Source: an uncultured Gammaproteobacteria bacterium (GTDB lineage Bacteria > Patescibacteriota > Microgenomatia > Levybacterales > UBA12049). Taken from it: a stretch of 64,000 nt of DNA. Shown here one piece after another: positions 30,399 to 39,642 of this stretch. The stretch covers positions 6,245 through 70,244 of the forward strand of contig CAZSWA010000003.1 in NCBI GenBank assembly GCA_964610465.1, in the 5' to 3' direction. The notes below the pieces were generated by a model, which saw only the letters and a program-made list of their open reading frames with translations, was not told where the DNA came from and ran no database searches. Positions within the stretch are counted from its first letter, which is position 1, and every line of letters starts with the position of its first letter. A program made the position numbers and the translations under genes.

Positions 30399-32434
30399 GG
30401 TGAATGATTTACACTAACATCATAAAGTACAGGCGTGAGATTTGAATCATTGGTCGTAAAATATGCTTTATATCGCATACACCATCCAGGATTGGTATAA
30501 CTTGGATTGTAATTACCAAAAGGTATTGCAGCAGAAATCGATGCAGCAACAGGAGTAAAGTAGGAAGCAGGATTTCCATTTGGTCCTACATAAGTATATG
30601 TCGCATTATTGCAATTACCGTTTACTGCCTGGGATGCAGCAACCTGTATCTGAATTGTAGTATTGGAAGGTTGATTGATGGTGGCAACTAATCTATTGAA
30701 TGTCATCTGGTGAGTTGGAGGTTGAGTAAGCGCAAAATTTCTGGATTCAAATGTTCCGCTGCTTGAATAGGTACCTCCTGACCCTCCTTCAACTATTTGC
30801 ACTTCTGCGCTTGCATTATCAGTAAGTATATACGAAAAATGATCACCATCTGTTTCTATTACAGGAGAGATTGCATAAATAGTATTTACACCAGGAATTG
30901 TAATTCCGCCGCATCGGACTGGCACACTGGCATTACTTACGTCAATTACCTGATAGACCTGACCACTTGAACCGCCGATTGCTACTCTATTTCCTGGAAT
31001 TGCAACTACTGCTTTTGGACTCATATTTTGTACTGTAGTATAATTTCCGACAATTGTATTGTTAGAAAGATCAATAATAAAAAGGTCAGGCTCTGTTGAT
31101 AAATAATTGGTAACTACATAGGCATACGTTGCAGCCTGGGAAACATACACATCATTTGCTCCGAGACTATTCCCAAGATTAATATCAGCAATATCTGTAA
31201 GACGAGTTGGATCTAAGGCGTTGATAATTTGCAACTGTTTGGTGGTACTTGATGTTGCGATATACACAGTAGTTCCTACGACAAAGACTTTGTTACCAGT
31301 TCCTGCCAAATTAAATACACCAAGTTGTGTTTGGCTGCTTGAACCTTGTATTGATTTTAGATCAAATGTGTAAAGCTTACTTCCAATTGTGACATACCCT
31401 ACATTGCCGCCATAGGAAGTATTATTGGCCACATATACACTGGTTCCTGTGCCACCTGGATCAAAATATCCTGCTTTTGTAAAATTTGGCGGATTTTGTA
31501 TATTAAGAATATCTACTGACGGACCTGGATTAGCTGCTGCAAGATATGCATATTGTGAATCAGCATAAAGTCCATAGGTTTTTATATTTTCTGTAGTATA
31601 AGACCCGTTATAGGAAATTACAGGAGGACTGGGATTAGGCGGGTCACTCACTACTGCGCTCTCCATAGGATTACCGGAAGAATTACCTCCTGTAGTTGAA
31701 TAAATCGTATTTTTATTTGCACCAACAAAGGTAGTAATAGCAGTAGCGATAGCGGAGCCTGGTAAATTATATGTTAAAGATGCGGTAGGTGTAGCGGGTT
31801 GACACCAATCACCATGTCCACCTGCACCAAGCTGTACCTGTCCATCATTAGGCGTTCCACTCGGAATAGTATTTACTACTGCCACTCCTGACAAAACATT
31901 TCCTGCATTAAAATCAGTAGTAGTTGTATCAGTGTCTGAAATATTATCCTGATGGGTAAGATATAAGGTAGAAGTAATAGAACTTGCATACGGCTGTGTC
32001 CATGAAATAGTAATAGCTATTTGTTTGGTTGAAGGATCAAGCGTCCCTGCAGGAGAAGCGACAATTGCGCCGGTTGATGCTCTATTTACATCACTAATAT
32101 CTATTCTTTGTGTCAAGCCATTTATAGTCTGTGTACCTGATACTAACATCCAGGCATTCCCGGAAGTTGTGGCATAGTATGTCCCATCAGTTGTGATGGC
32201 ATTCCAGTTATTATTGCGTATGCTTTTGATTGCTTCTTCACTTTCTTTAAGAAATTGTATTGCCTGGATTCGTTGTAATTCTTGTGGTTTTCCGCTGCGT
32301 GAAGCCACAACTCCTGTAAGAATCGCTGGGAATATGATTGCCGCAAGACCAATAGCAAGCAACACTTCTACAAGTGTTTGTCCCTTTTCCAAAAAGTTCT
32401 TATACTTTGTGTTAATTAACTTGAGTAATTGCAC
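30395..32434 (-). CDS. Large minor pilin with LVIVD-like beta-propeller (putative tip adhesin)
   Basis: KG|QTLVEVLL; repeats such as YAYLA..VDILNI, VYIA..LQIINA, YAYVV..LFIIDL. Confidence 0.78.
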   Translation of the reverse strand: MQLLKLINTKYKNFLEKGQTLVEVLLAIGLAAIIFPAILTGVVASRSGKPQELQRIQAIQFLKESEEAIKSIRNNNWNAITTDGTYYATTSGNAWMLVSGTQTINGLTQRIDISDVNRASTGAIVASPAGTLDPSTKQIAITISWTQPYASSITSTLYLTHQDNISDTDTTTTDFNAGNVLSGVAVVNTIPSGTPNDGQVQLGAGGHGDWCQPATPTASLTYNLPGSAIATAITTFVGANKNTIYSTTGGNSSGNPMESAVVSDPPNPSPPVISYNGSYTTENIKTYGLYADSQYAYLAAANPGPSVDILNIQNPPNFTKAGYFDPGGTGTSVYVANNTSYGGNVGYVTIGSKLYTFDLKSIQGSSSQTQLGVFNLAGTGNKVFVVGTTVYIATSSTTKQLQIINALDPTRLTDIADINLGNSLGANDVYVSQAATYAYVVTNYLSTEPDLFIIDLSNNTIVGNYTTVQNMSPKAVVAIPGNRVAIGGSSGQVYQVIDVSNASVPVRCGGITIPGVNTIYAISPVIETDGDHFSYILTDNASAEVQIVEGGSGGTYSSSGTFESRNFALTQPPTHQMTFNRLVATINQPSNTTIQIQVAASQAVNGNCNNATYTYVGPNGNPASYFTPVAASISAAIPFGNYNPSYTNPGWCMRYKAYFTTNDSNLTPVLYDVSVNHSP

Positions 32435-32909
32435 CTCTTCTGTTTATTGTTATAGTTTTTTGAACATTCGATTGCGTATCTTTAAGAATAACTGTGTTTG
32501 ATCCAACACTAAATCCTATGATTTCACCGCTTCCACTGGCAAAAATAACTGAAGAGTTAGGAAATGTAATACCAGTAAATTGCAATGTATCTGGCAAAGA
32601 AGCCGAAAAATTTGTCGTATCTGAAGATGAGTAACTTGCTCCATGAAACAGCACATAACTATTGGCACTAAAGTAGATTCCATAGCTATCCATTACTCCC
32701 CGGCCTTCTGTATCCCCTGTCATCGCTTTGATTTGCTGGTTTTTGATATCTGCAATAAGTGAATTAATCGTGGTAGATAGAGAACTATTGTGTTTAAATT
32801 CCAAAAGATTTACGGTAATAAGTAGGGCAAGCAAAGAAAAAATTGTCATCACGAGAAGCAATTCGATAAGTGTAAACCCTTGAAATTTCTGCTGAAAAGG
32901 ATATTTCAT
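32412..32909 (-). CDS. Minor pilin, FimT/GspH-like
   Basis: QG|FTLIELLLV; IFASGSG; ITINRRG. Confidence 0.82.
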   Translation of the reverse strand: MKYPFQQKFQGFTLIELLLVMTIFSLLALLITVNLLEFKHNSSLSTTINSLIADIKNQQIKAMTGDTEGRGVMDSYGIYFSANSYVLFHGASYSSSDTTNFSASLPDTLQFTGITFPNSSVIFASGSGEIIGFSVGSNTVILKDTQSNVQKTITINRRGAITQVN

Positions 32910-33962
32910 TCATCGTCCTCCTACTTGACCAATCATACTGTAAATAGGAGCAATAATAGACATCATCATACCGCCAACCATAACTCCGACAAATACCAAC
33001 ATAAGAGGTTCCATTAATGCAGTTACTGTTTTTAATGAGTTTGATACTTGGTAATCCAGATATTCAGATGCATCAAGCATCGATTTATCAAGTGATCCGC
33101 TTCGTTCTCCTGCCTCTGTGATTTTTATGACAATACTTGGGATAACATTTTTTGAATATTTAAGACTCTCTGAAAGTTTTTTCCCATCAGCAACCGTATT
33201 CTTTGCATGCTTAATTGCTTTCTGAATATCTTTCTTAACTACTACTTCTTCTGTAAGTTCAAGCGCAGTAATAATCGGGATCCCCGCATTAAGAAGTAAA
33301 TATAAACTTCTCGTAAACCGGGTAAGATCTATATCCTTGGCAAGTTGCGAAACTACAGGTAACGAAATTAGGATGTATATAAACAACCTTTTGTTTTTCC
33401 TGTAGAGAAAAGCAATAATAGCTCCAATAACTCCAACCCCTATGATTACTTCAAGCGTATGAGTAAGCAATAAACTCGACAGAAATATCATGATTTTTGT
33501 AGGTAATGGAAGTGTTACATTTAAACGCGAGAAAACTGTTGAGATTTTCGGAACCACCACTACGAGAATAACTAGCATTACTGCGATAAATACAAAAAGA
33601 ATAAATACCGGATAGATAAGAGCTGATTTTATCTTATCTGCAAATTCCTGTTCTTTACGAATATTCACTTTAATGTCATTGAGGGTAACATCAAGCGTTC
33701 CTGCTTCTTCTGATGCTTTGATGATATTTATTGTTACCTTATCAAATACTCCTGGAAATTTTGAAAAGCTATAATATACATGTTGTCCTTGAGTTAAATC
33801 TTCTTTTAGTGTAGTAAGTATCTTTTTCATATTACCCTTTGAATCATCAAGAAGCGAATTTACTGTCTCAAGAATGGGAATTCCTGAGGTCAACATCGTA
33901 TGCATATTACTAACAAGAGTAATTTTATCATTTCCTGATAATGAAATATTTTGAGTTTTCAT
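32910..33962 (-). CDS. pilC: Type IV pilus platform protein PilC/GspF
   Basis: SGIPI, EEAGTLD, ALIYP, GERSGSLD, MEP. Confidence 0.92.
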   Translation of the reverse strand: MKTQNISLSGNDKITLVSNMHTMLTSGIPILETVNSLLDDSKGNMKKILTTLKEDLTQGQHVYYSFSKFPGVFDKVTINIIKASEEAGTLDVTLNDIKVNIRKEQEFADKIKSALIYPVFILFVFIAVMLVILVVVVPKISTVFSRLNVTLPLPTKIMIFLSSLLLTHTLEVIIGVGVIGAIIAFLYRKNKRLFIYILISLPVVSQLAKDIDLTRFTRSLYLLLNAGIPIITALELTEEVVVKKDIQKAIKHAKNTVADGKKLSESLKYSKNVIPSIVIKITEAGERSGSLDKSMLDASEYLDYQVSNSLKTVTALMEPLMLVFVGVMVGGMMMSIIAPIYSMIGQVGGR

Positions 33963-35644
33963 AACGCTTCCACCTTTGTAACTCTTAATACTTCTTCTAT
34001 TGTTGTCACACCTTTGACGACCTTGTCCAATCCATCCTCAAGCATGGTAGTCATACCTTCTGTAACTGCTTGTTTCAAAATTACGTCTGCGTCATTTTTG
34101 GCTGTGATGAGTTTTCGTATTTCATTACTGACTTCAAGCACTTCAAATACCCCAAGCCTTCCTGAATAACCGGTAAAATGACATACGTCACAACCTTTGC
34201 CGCTATAAATTGTTGCTTCTTTTGCATTGCCAAAATATTTTTTAATTAAGTCTTTTGATAGGTTTTTTGAAAGGTCATCATATGGAACAAGGAGTGAACT
34301 TTTGCACATCTCACATATTTTCCTCACAAGTCTTTGGGCAACGATGACATTAACAGTTGATGCAACGAGAAATGGTTCAACTTTCATATCTGACAAACGG
34401 GGCAAAGCAGTTGCAGCGTCATTGGTATGTAGAGTAGAAACTACTAAATGGCCTGTAAGTGCTGCATTTACTGCAATACCTGCTGTTTCAATATCGCGGA
34501 TTTCTCCCACAAAAATTATATTTGGATCCTGTCGCAAAATAGAACGAAGCCCACTGGCAAAGGTGAGCTCTGTTTTAGCATTGGTCTGAATTTGATTGAC
34601 ACCCTTCATTCTATATTCAACCGGATCTTCAATCGTCGTGATATTTTTATCTCTGGTGTTTAAGATTTTGAGAACTGCGTAGATAGAGGTCGTCTTTCCA
34701 CTACCCGTTGGGCCAGTTGAAAGAATCATTCCGTAGGATTTCGCGTATGCTTTTTCAACTTTTGCTAAATCTTTTTCATTCATTCCTAAATCAACTAGTG
34801 AGAATTGCCTGAATTTGGAAGCAAGAAGTCTTAATACTATCTTCTCACCATGAACAATGGGCACTATTGAGACACGGATATCTAAATCTTCTTCATCTAA
34901 ATGGATTTTCATCTTTCCATCCTGTGGTGCCATATGCTCATCAGTTCTCAAGTTAGATAGCACTTTGATTCTTGAGGTAACCTGCTCATGCAGATTTTTG
35001 GGTAAAAATAATACATCATGCAAAATACCATCGACGCGAAAGCGTACAAGGGAATCTTTTTCCTCAGGCTCAATATGCACATCTGATGCTCTATCCTGAT
35101 AGGCATAATTTACAATCAAATCAACTATCTTGGCAATTGGCGCTTCTAATGATTCAACTTTCCCTGCATTGCCCAGCTCATTTCGTATCAATGCATCAAA
35201 AGTTTTTTGCAAGTCTTTTCTATATATCCAAAGCTTATTGAAAATATCTCTTTCTGTTGCCAGGTATGCAGTTATTTTTTCTTTGGTTTTTTGAGCGACA
35301 AGTTCGGTAATTAGCGTATTCCCTGGATCGACCATTGCGACTTTCAATCCATCATTGTCGCGGGCAAAAGGAATTACTTTGTATTTTCTGGCTATTCTTT
35401 CCGGGATTACTTTAAATATTTCCTCAGGAATGGAAATTTTAGCAAGAACAATATAGGGAACTTTAAGGTAATCAGCAATTACGATACCTAACTTTTCATC
35501 AGTTATGATGTCTTTTTCAATTAACGCATCTTGAAATGTGATGTTGGCATTTTTGGCATAATCGAGTACTTCCTGTAACTTTGCTTCATCAGTAAGTTTG
35601 AGACCCGTGATTAACGTTTTTAGTTGTTCGTCTGTAACACCCAT
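33959..35644 (-). CDS. pilB: Type IV pilus extension ATPase PilB/GspE
   Basis: ASDVHIEP, GPTGSGKTT, TIEDPVE, LRQDP, GEIRD, TGHLV, CxxC...CxxC. Confidence 0.95.
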   Translation of the reverse strand: MGVTDEQLKTLITGLKLTDEAKLQEVLDYAKNANITFQDALIEKDIITDEKLGIVIADYLKVPYIVLAKISIPEEIFKVIPERIARKYKVIPFARDNDGLKVAMVDPGNTLITELVAQKTKEKITAYLATERDIFNKLWIYRKDLQKTFDALIRNELGNAGKVESLEAPIAKIVDLIVNYAYQDRASDVHIEPEEKDSLVRFRVDGILHDVLFLPKNLHEQVTSRIKVLSNLRTDEHMAPQDGKMKIHLDEEDLDIRVSIVPIVHGEKIVLRLLASKFRQFSLVDLGMNEKDLAKVEKAYAKSYGMILSTGPTGSGKTTSIYAVLKILNTRDKNITTIEDPVEYRMKGVNQIQTNAKTELTFASGLRSILRQDPNIIFVGEIRDIETAGIAVNAALTGHLVVSTLHTNDAATALPRLSDMKVEPFLVASTVNVIVAQRLVRKICEMCKSSLLVPYDDLSKNLSKDLIKKYFGNAKEATIYSGKGCDVCHFTGYSGRLGVFEVLEVSNEIRKLITAKNDADVILKQAVTEGMTTMLEDGLDKVVKGVTTIEEVLRVTKVEAL

Positions 35645-35650
35645 GGGCAG

Positions 35651-36028
35651 TTATTGTAAATAATTGTCTTTATTTAAATTTTGCACTTTTTTCCATAATT
35701 TTTCAAAATCAAAAAAGCTTTTGTTGATATAGTCCCGTGCTCCCAGTTTTTTGGCTTTTTCTACATCTGATTGCTGACCAAGTGTAGAGAACACAAGAAC
35801 TGGTATCTTCTTCAATTCCGTACTTTCTGACAAATCTTTCAACACTCCAAAGCCGTCTTTTTTGGGCATAATAAGATCCAGAAGTATTACATCAGGTTTT
35901 ACTTCTTTAATCTTGGCTATGCCTTCTTCTCCATCGGCTGCCTCATACACTTCTACTTTTTGTTCCTTAAATTTCGATGCGTAAAACTGTCTGAAAAATT
36001 TATCGTCCTCTACTAATACTATACGCAT
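35651..36028 (-). CDS. Single-domain response regulator
   Basis: LVEDD, LLDLIMP, FST, YINK. Confidence 0.9.
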   Translation of the reverse strand: MRIVLVEDDKFFRQFYASKFKEQKVEVYEAADGEEGIAKIKEVKPDVILLDLIMPKKDGFGVLKDLSESTELKKIPVLVFSTLGQQSDVEKAKKLGARDYINKSFFDFEKLWKKVQNLNKDNYLQ

Positions 36029-36041
36029 ATATGAAAATGAA

Positions 36042-36440
36042 TTACAAGTCGGGTTTTATACCGGTTACTTTCTCAAGTTGAGCAATTTCTTGTGTCATTG
36101 CTATTTCAGTTTTTTCATTTTTAATCTTATCAAGAGATTTTTGGAGAATTTCTGCAGTATTTTGAAGATACTTGAGAATTTCGTGAGTAAGAGTCAATTT
36201 ATCGTCCTTATAATTACGAAATATATTCTCTATGATATTGCATACCTTCCCAAAACTCTTGTATCCCATGACTATACTTTGGCTTTTTAGAGAATGGGCA
36301 TCAAGATGCACTTCGTCAATTGCTTTTTTGTTTTGCGGGTTTTTCATAAGCTCAGCAAGATTTTTCTTCATATTATCAAGATATTCCTGTGAGGTCTGAA
36401 TAAACAAATCCTGAAATTTATTTAAATCAAAATCAGCCAT
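36042..36440 (-). CDS. Stand-alone Hpt (CheA P1-like) phosphotransfer protein
   Basis: F...QEYL, AHSLKSQSIVMG, IENIF. Confidence 0.85.
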   Translation of the reverse strand: MADFDLNKFQDLFIQTSQEYLDNMKKNLAELMKNPQNKKAIDEVHLDAHSLKSQSIVMGYKSFGKVCNIIENIFRNYKDDKLTLTHEILKYLQNTAEILQKSLDKIKNEKTEIAMTQEIAQLEKVTGIKPDL

Positions 36441-36571
36441 AAATATTGTGAATTTTATTTATTTCACTATACTGAGCTATTATACCATTGTCAACATATC
36501 TTGTGCTGAAGAAGTAAGTACTATTTTGCATTTTTTGTAAGTTAATAAGAAAACATTGTATATTTTCTATT

Positions 36572-37272
36572 ATGACGCAAGAAGAATTAAATCAAATGAG
36601 ACAAATATTTTGGGAAGAACAAAAACCCTTGCTGGATAGGATGGATAATATTGAGAAGAAACAAAAACGAATGCAAAGAGATATATTCTACATTAAAAAA
36701 ACTCAAAATGTAACGATAGCTCATTTTGATAAGGGGATATTGTCCATGAAAAAAGAATTAAAGCACTTGAAGAACATATCTTATATAAGCATTACTATGC
36801 TTATGCTTAAAGAACCGTTGCAGTTAGTAGCAGATAGATTTACAAAACACATAAAAGAAGAATATCTAGGGGGTGAACGGCAAAAAGAGTTAAGAACACA
36901 AGAAACTAATAATAATGGGATTTCGCCTTTTTTCCATACAGATGTATTTGATCTCAGAACATGGGGTGGCTATAGTATAGCAGGAAGACATATACAACCA
37001 GATACCCTCATGCAGAAATAGATATCACTGTTTCTCCCTTGACATGAAAAGTTACTGTACATGCTAAAACGAAAGACACTGAAGAAGAGAAATCTAAAGG
37101 AACGTTTCAAAAAGTGTATCTTGTATATAAAACAGTCTTAGTAAAACATGCAGATGTTTTTACTGTCCTAAACATAAAGCTTCAGTTTTATATAGGAAAA
37201 GATGCAACTTCAGCAAGAGAAGATATGGATAGCGGAAGGAAAGGTAAAAAGCTTTTCGTAAGAATACGATAA
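36572..37272 (+). pseudogene. Probably two hypothetical genes fused or broken by indels and a nonsense codon
   Basis: ORF 36572..37021 looks chimeric (A6 run near 36749; an alternative frame gives RIKALEEHI); a third frame continues 37021-37272 with one in-frame TGA. Confidence 0.35.
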
Positions 37273-37335
37273 CTTCTTCTTAGTTGGATTTCTCAGACTT
37301 GATTCACTAAACTTTACTCCATATAATTAAATTTG

Positions 37336-39642
37336 ATGAGTAGAAACCGTTCTGTCCTATGGTTTTCTGAGGTTGATAAAGAAGATGTTCCCCTTGTTGG
37401 CAAAAAAGGCGCAGAGCTTGGAGAAATGAGTCATGCCGGGATTCCAATTCCGAATGGATTCCTTATCTCATCTCAGGCATATTTCCATTTCATGAAAGAA
37501 AATAATCTTTCACTGGCTATTAAACAACTTCTCTCAACTGTAAATTATGAACGGCCAGACTCACTCCATCAGGTTTCATTTCATATAAAAAAACTTATTA
37601 AGGAAGGAGATCTCTCTCCTGAGTTTGTAACCGAAATCAATACAGCATACAGAAAATTAGGCGCGATACTTAGGGACGCGGTTGTCACTGTACAATCTTC
37701 AATCATCCTTTCTGAAGCATTTGCCGGTCCGCAAAAAACATTTTCCCATGTACATGGCGAAGCAAATCTTATACTCAAAATAAGAGAAATCTGGGCATCT
37801 TTGTTTGACCCTCACGCAATTTTGTATCGTTATCAACATCATTTTGAAAATTTCAGAGAAGGTACTGCGGTAACGGTACAACGAATGATTGCTATAGAAC
37901 GCTCAGGAATGATTTTTACTATTCATCCTAAAACTCAGGATAAATCCTGTATGGTAATAGAAGCACTTTATGGATTGCCGGAACTTCTGGTACACAAGAA
38001 AGTCATACCTGATTATTTTGAAGTGAGAAAGTCAGACCTGGCAACTGCACAGAAGATCATTAACAAACAGGATTTTATGCTCAAAGAACATGGTGAAAAG
38101 ATAAAAGAAATTCCTATTTCAGCCAAAGATGCAATAAAACCAAAATTAACACACGATGAGGTTCTTGAGCTTGCAAAAATTGGAAAAAAACTTGAACATC
38201 AATCATATTTCCCTCAACAAGTTGAATGGGCTATTGAGAAAAAAAAGATATATATTCTTCATTCACAAACCATGACACCTCTCCATAATCAACCGTTAAA
38301 TCCTCCAAAATCAAACCCTGCTCCAAAGGAATCATCTGCATTTCTTACCGGTGTCCCCTCTTCTCCTGGAATAAAAACAGGTCCAGTAAAAATAATTCAC
38401 AATACCCATGAATTACAAAAAGTAACATCAGGAGATGTGTTGGTTACCTCACAAACCAATCCTGAATACTTACCTGCAATGAAAAAAGCAATTGCAATCG
38501 TGACTGAAAAAGATGGAAAGACATCTCATGCCGCTATGATTGCTCGAGAGCTTGGCATCCCTGCAGTAGTAGGCGTAGAAAATGCGGTAAAGATTCTAAA
38601 ACCTAACAACATAATTACTGTCAATGGCACTCAAGGTGAAATTTATAAAGGCGGGCTTCTTGGCACATTAAAAGCCAACAAACCTGCACCTGAAAAGATA
38701 AAAACCAAAACTGCAACCAAACTGTATGTAGACATCGGTCAATCAACCATTGCAGAACAAGTGGCAAAAGAAGATATGGATGGAATCGGACTCTTACGAG
38801 CTGAATTTATGCTTACAGATATTGGCGTTCATCCAAAACAAGTTATTAAAGAAGGAAAAAAAACTATGTATATCAATAGACTTGCACAGCATCTTGAAGT
38901 ATTTTGTAAAGCATTTCATCCACATCCTGTGATATATAGACCTTCAGATTTTAAGAGTAATGAATACAAAAAACTTATTGGTGGCGATGACTTTGAATCA
39001 GATGAACCAAATCCTACCCTTGGATATCGCGGAGCTTTCCGCTTTGTGAATGACGCTGATGTATTTGAACTCGAACTTGAAGCTATAAAAGTTGTGAGGA
39101 ATAAAAAAGGACTGAAAAATCTCTGGATGATGCTGCCGTTTGTCCGCACAGTAAAAGAACTTATGGAAATAAAACGGATCATCTCAGCAGCCGGACTGTA
39201 TCGTTCACCTACTTTTAAACTTTGGATAATGGTAGAAACTCCTGCAAATGTAATCCTTCTTGATAAATTTATAGAAGTTGGCATAGATGGAGTTTCAATT
39301 GATTTGAATGATGTAACTATGCTTATAACAGGGGTTGATAAAGACAGCAATGAAGTCTCACGCGCTTTTGATGAGCAGAATGAGGCAGTACTTTGGGCAT
39401 TACAACAAACTATAAAAACTTCTCATGCTCACAACATCACATCCTCTATCTTTGGAGAGGCTTTATCTTTATACCCGGAACTTCTTGAAAAAGTAATTCA
39501 TTGGGGTATTACAAGTATTACCACTACTCCTGATATACTAAATGATATGCGGCAATCTATTGCAAAAGCAGAACATACTATACTTGATATAGATAAAAAA
39601 CTCATTCTCAATATTGATAAAAACTATTATGGCAAAAATTAA
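37336..39642 (+). CDS. ppsA: PEP synthase homologue with degenerate active sites
   Basis: Full PpsA architecture; TSHAAMIARELGIP, GIGLLRAEF, DFKSNEY, EPNPTLGYRG; TTGATT-17-TATAAT upstream. Confidence 0.85.
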   Translation: MSRNRSVLWFSEVDKEDVPLVGKKGAELGEMSHAGIPIPNGFLISSQAYFHFMKENNLSLAIKQLLSTVNYERPDSLHQVSFHIKKLIKEGDLSPEFVTEINTAYRKLGAILRDAVVTVQSSIILSEAFAGPQKTFSHVHGEANLILKIREIWASLFDPHAILYRYQHHFENFREGTAVTVQRMIAIERSGMIFTIHPKTQDKSCMVIEALYGLPELLVHKKVIPDYFEVRKSDLATAQKIINKQDFMLKEHGEKIKEIPISAKDAIKPKLTHDEVLELAKIGKKLEHQSYFPQQVEWAIEKKKIYILHSQTMTPLHNQPLNPPKSNPAPKESSAFLTGVPSSPGIKTGPVKIIHNTHELQKVTSGDVLVTSQTNPEYLPAMKKAIAIVTEKDGKTSHAAMIARELGIPAVVGVENAVKILKPNNIITVNGTQGEIYKGGLLGTLKANKPAPEKIKTKTATKLYVDIGQSTIAEQVAKEDMDGIGLLRAEFMLTDIGVHPKQVIKEGKKTMYINRLAQHLEVFCKAFHPHPVIYRPSDFKSNEYKKLIGGDDFESDEPNPTLGYRGAFRFVNDADVFELELEAIKVVRNKKGLKNLWMMLPFVRTVKELMEIKRIISAAGLYRSPTFKLWIMVETPANVILLDKFIEVGIDGVSIDLNDVTMLITGVDKDSNEVSRAFDEQNEAVLWALQQTIKTSHAHNITSSIFGEALSLYPELLEKVIHWGITSITTTPDILNDMRQSIAKAEHTILDIDKKLILNIDKNYYGKN

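Noticed and set aside
35465-35644. Functional MshEN c-di-GMP site in PilB
   Set aside because: The helical pattern is similar but the RLG and Q residues are absent, so binding cannot be claimed.
37045-37047. In-frame TGA as evidence of genetic code 25
   Set aside because: Conserved genes translate full length in code 11, and several (e.g. PMM, gatA) end at TGA in the expected place.
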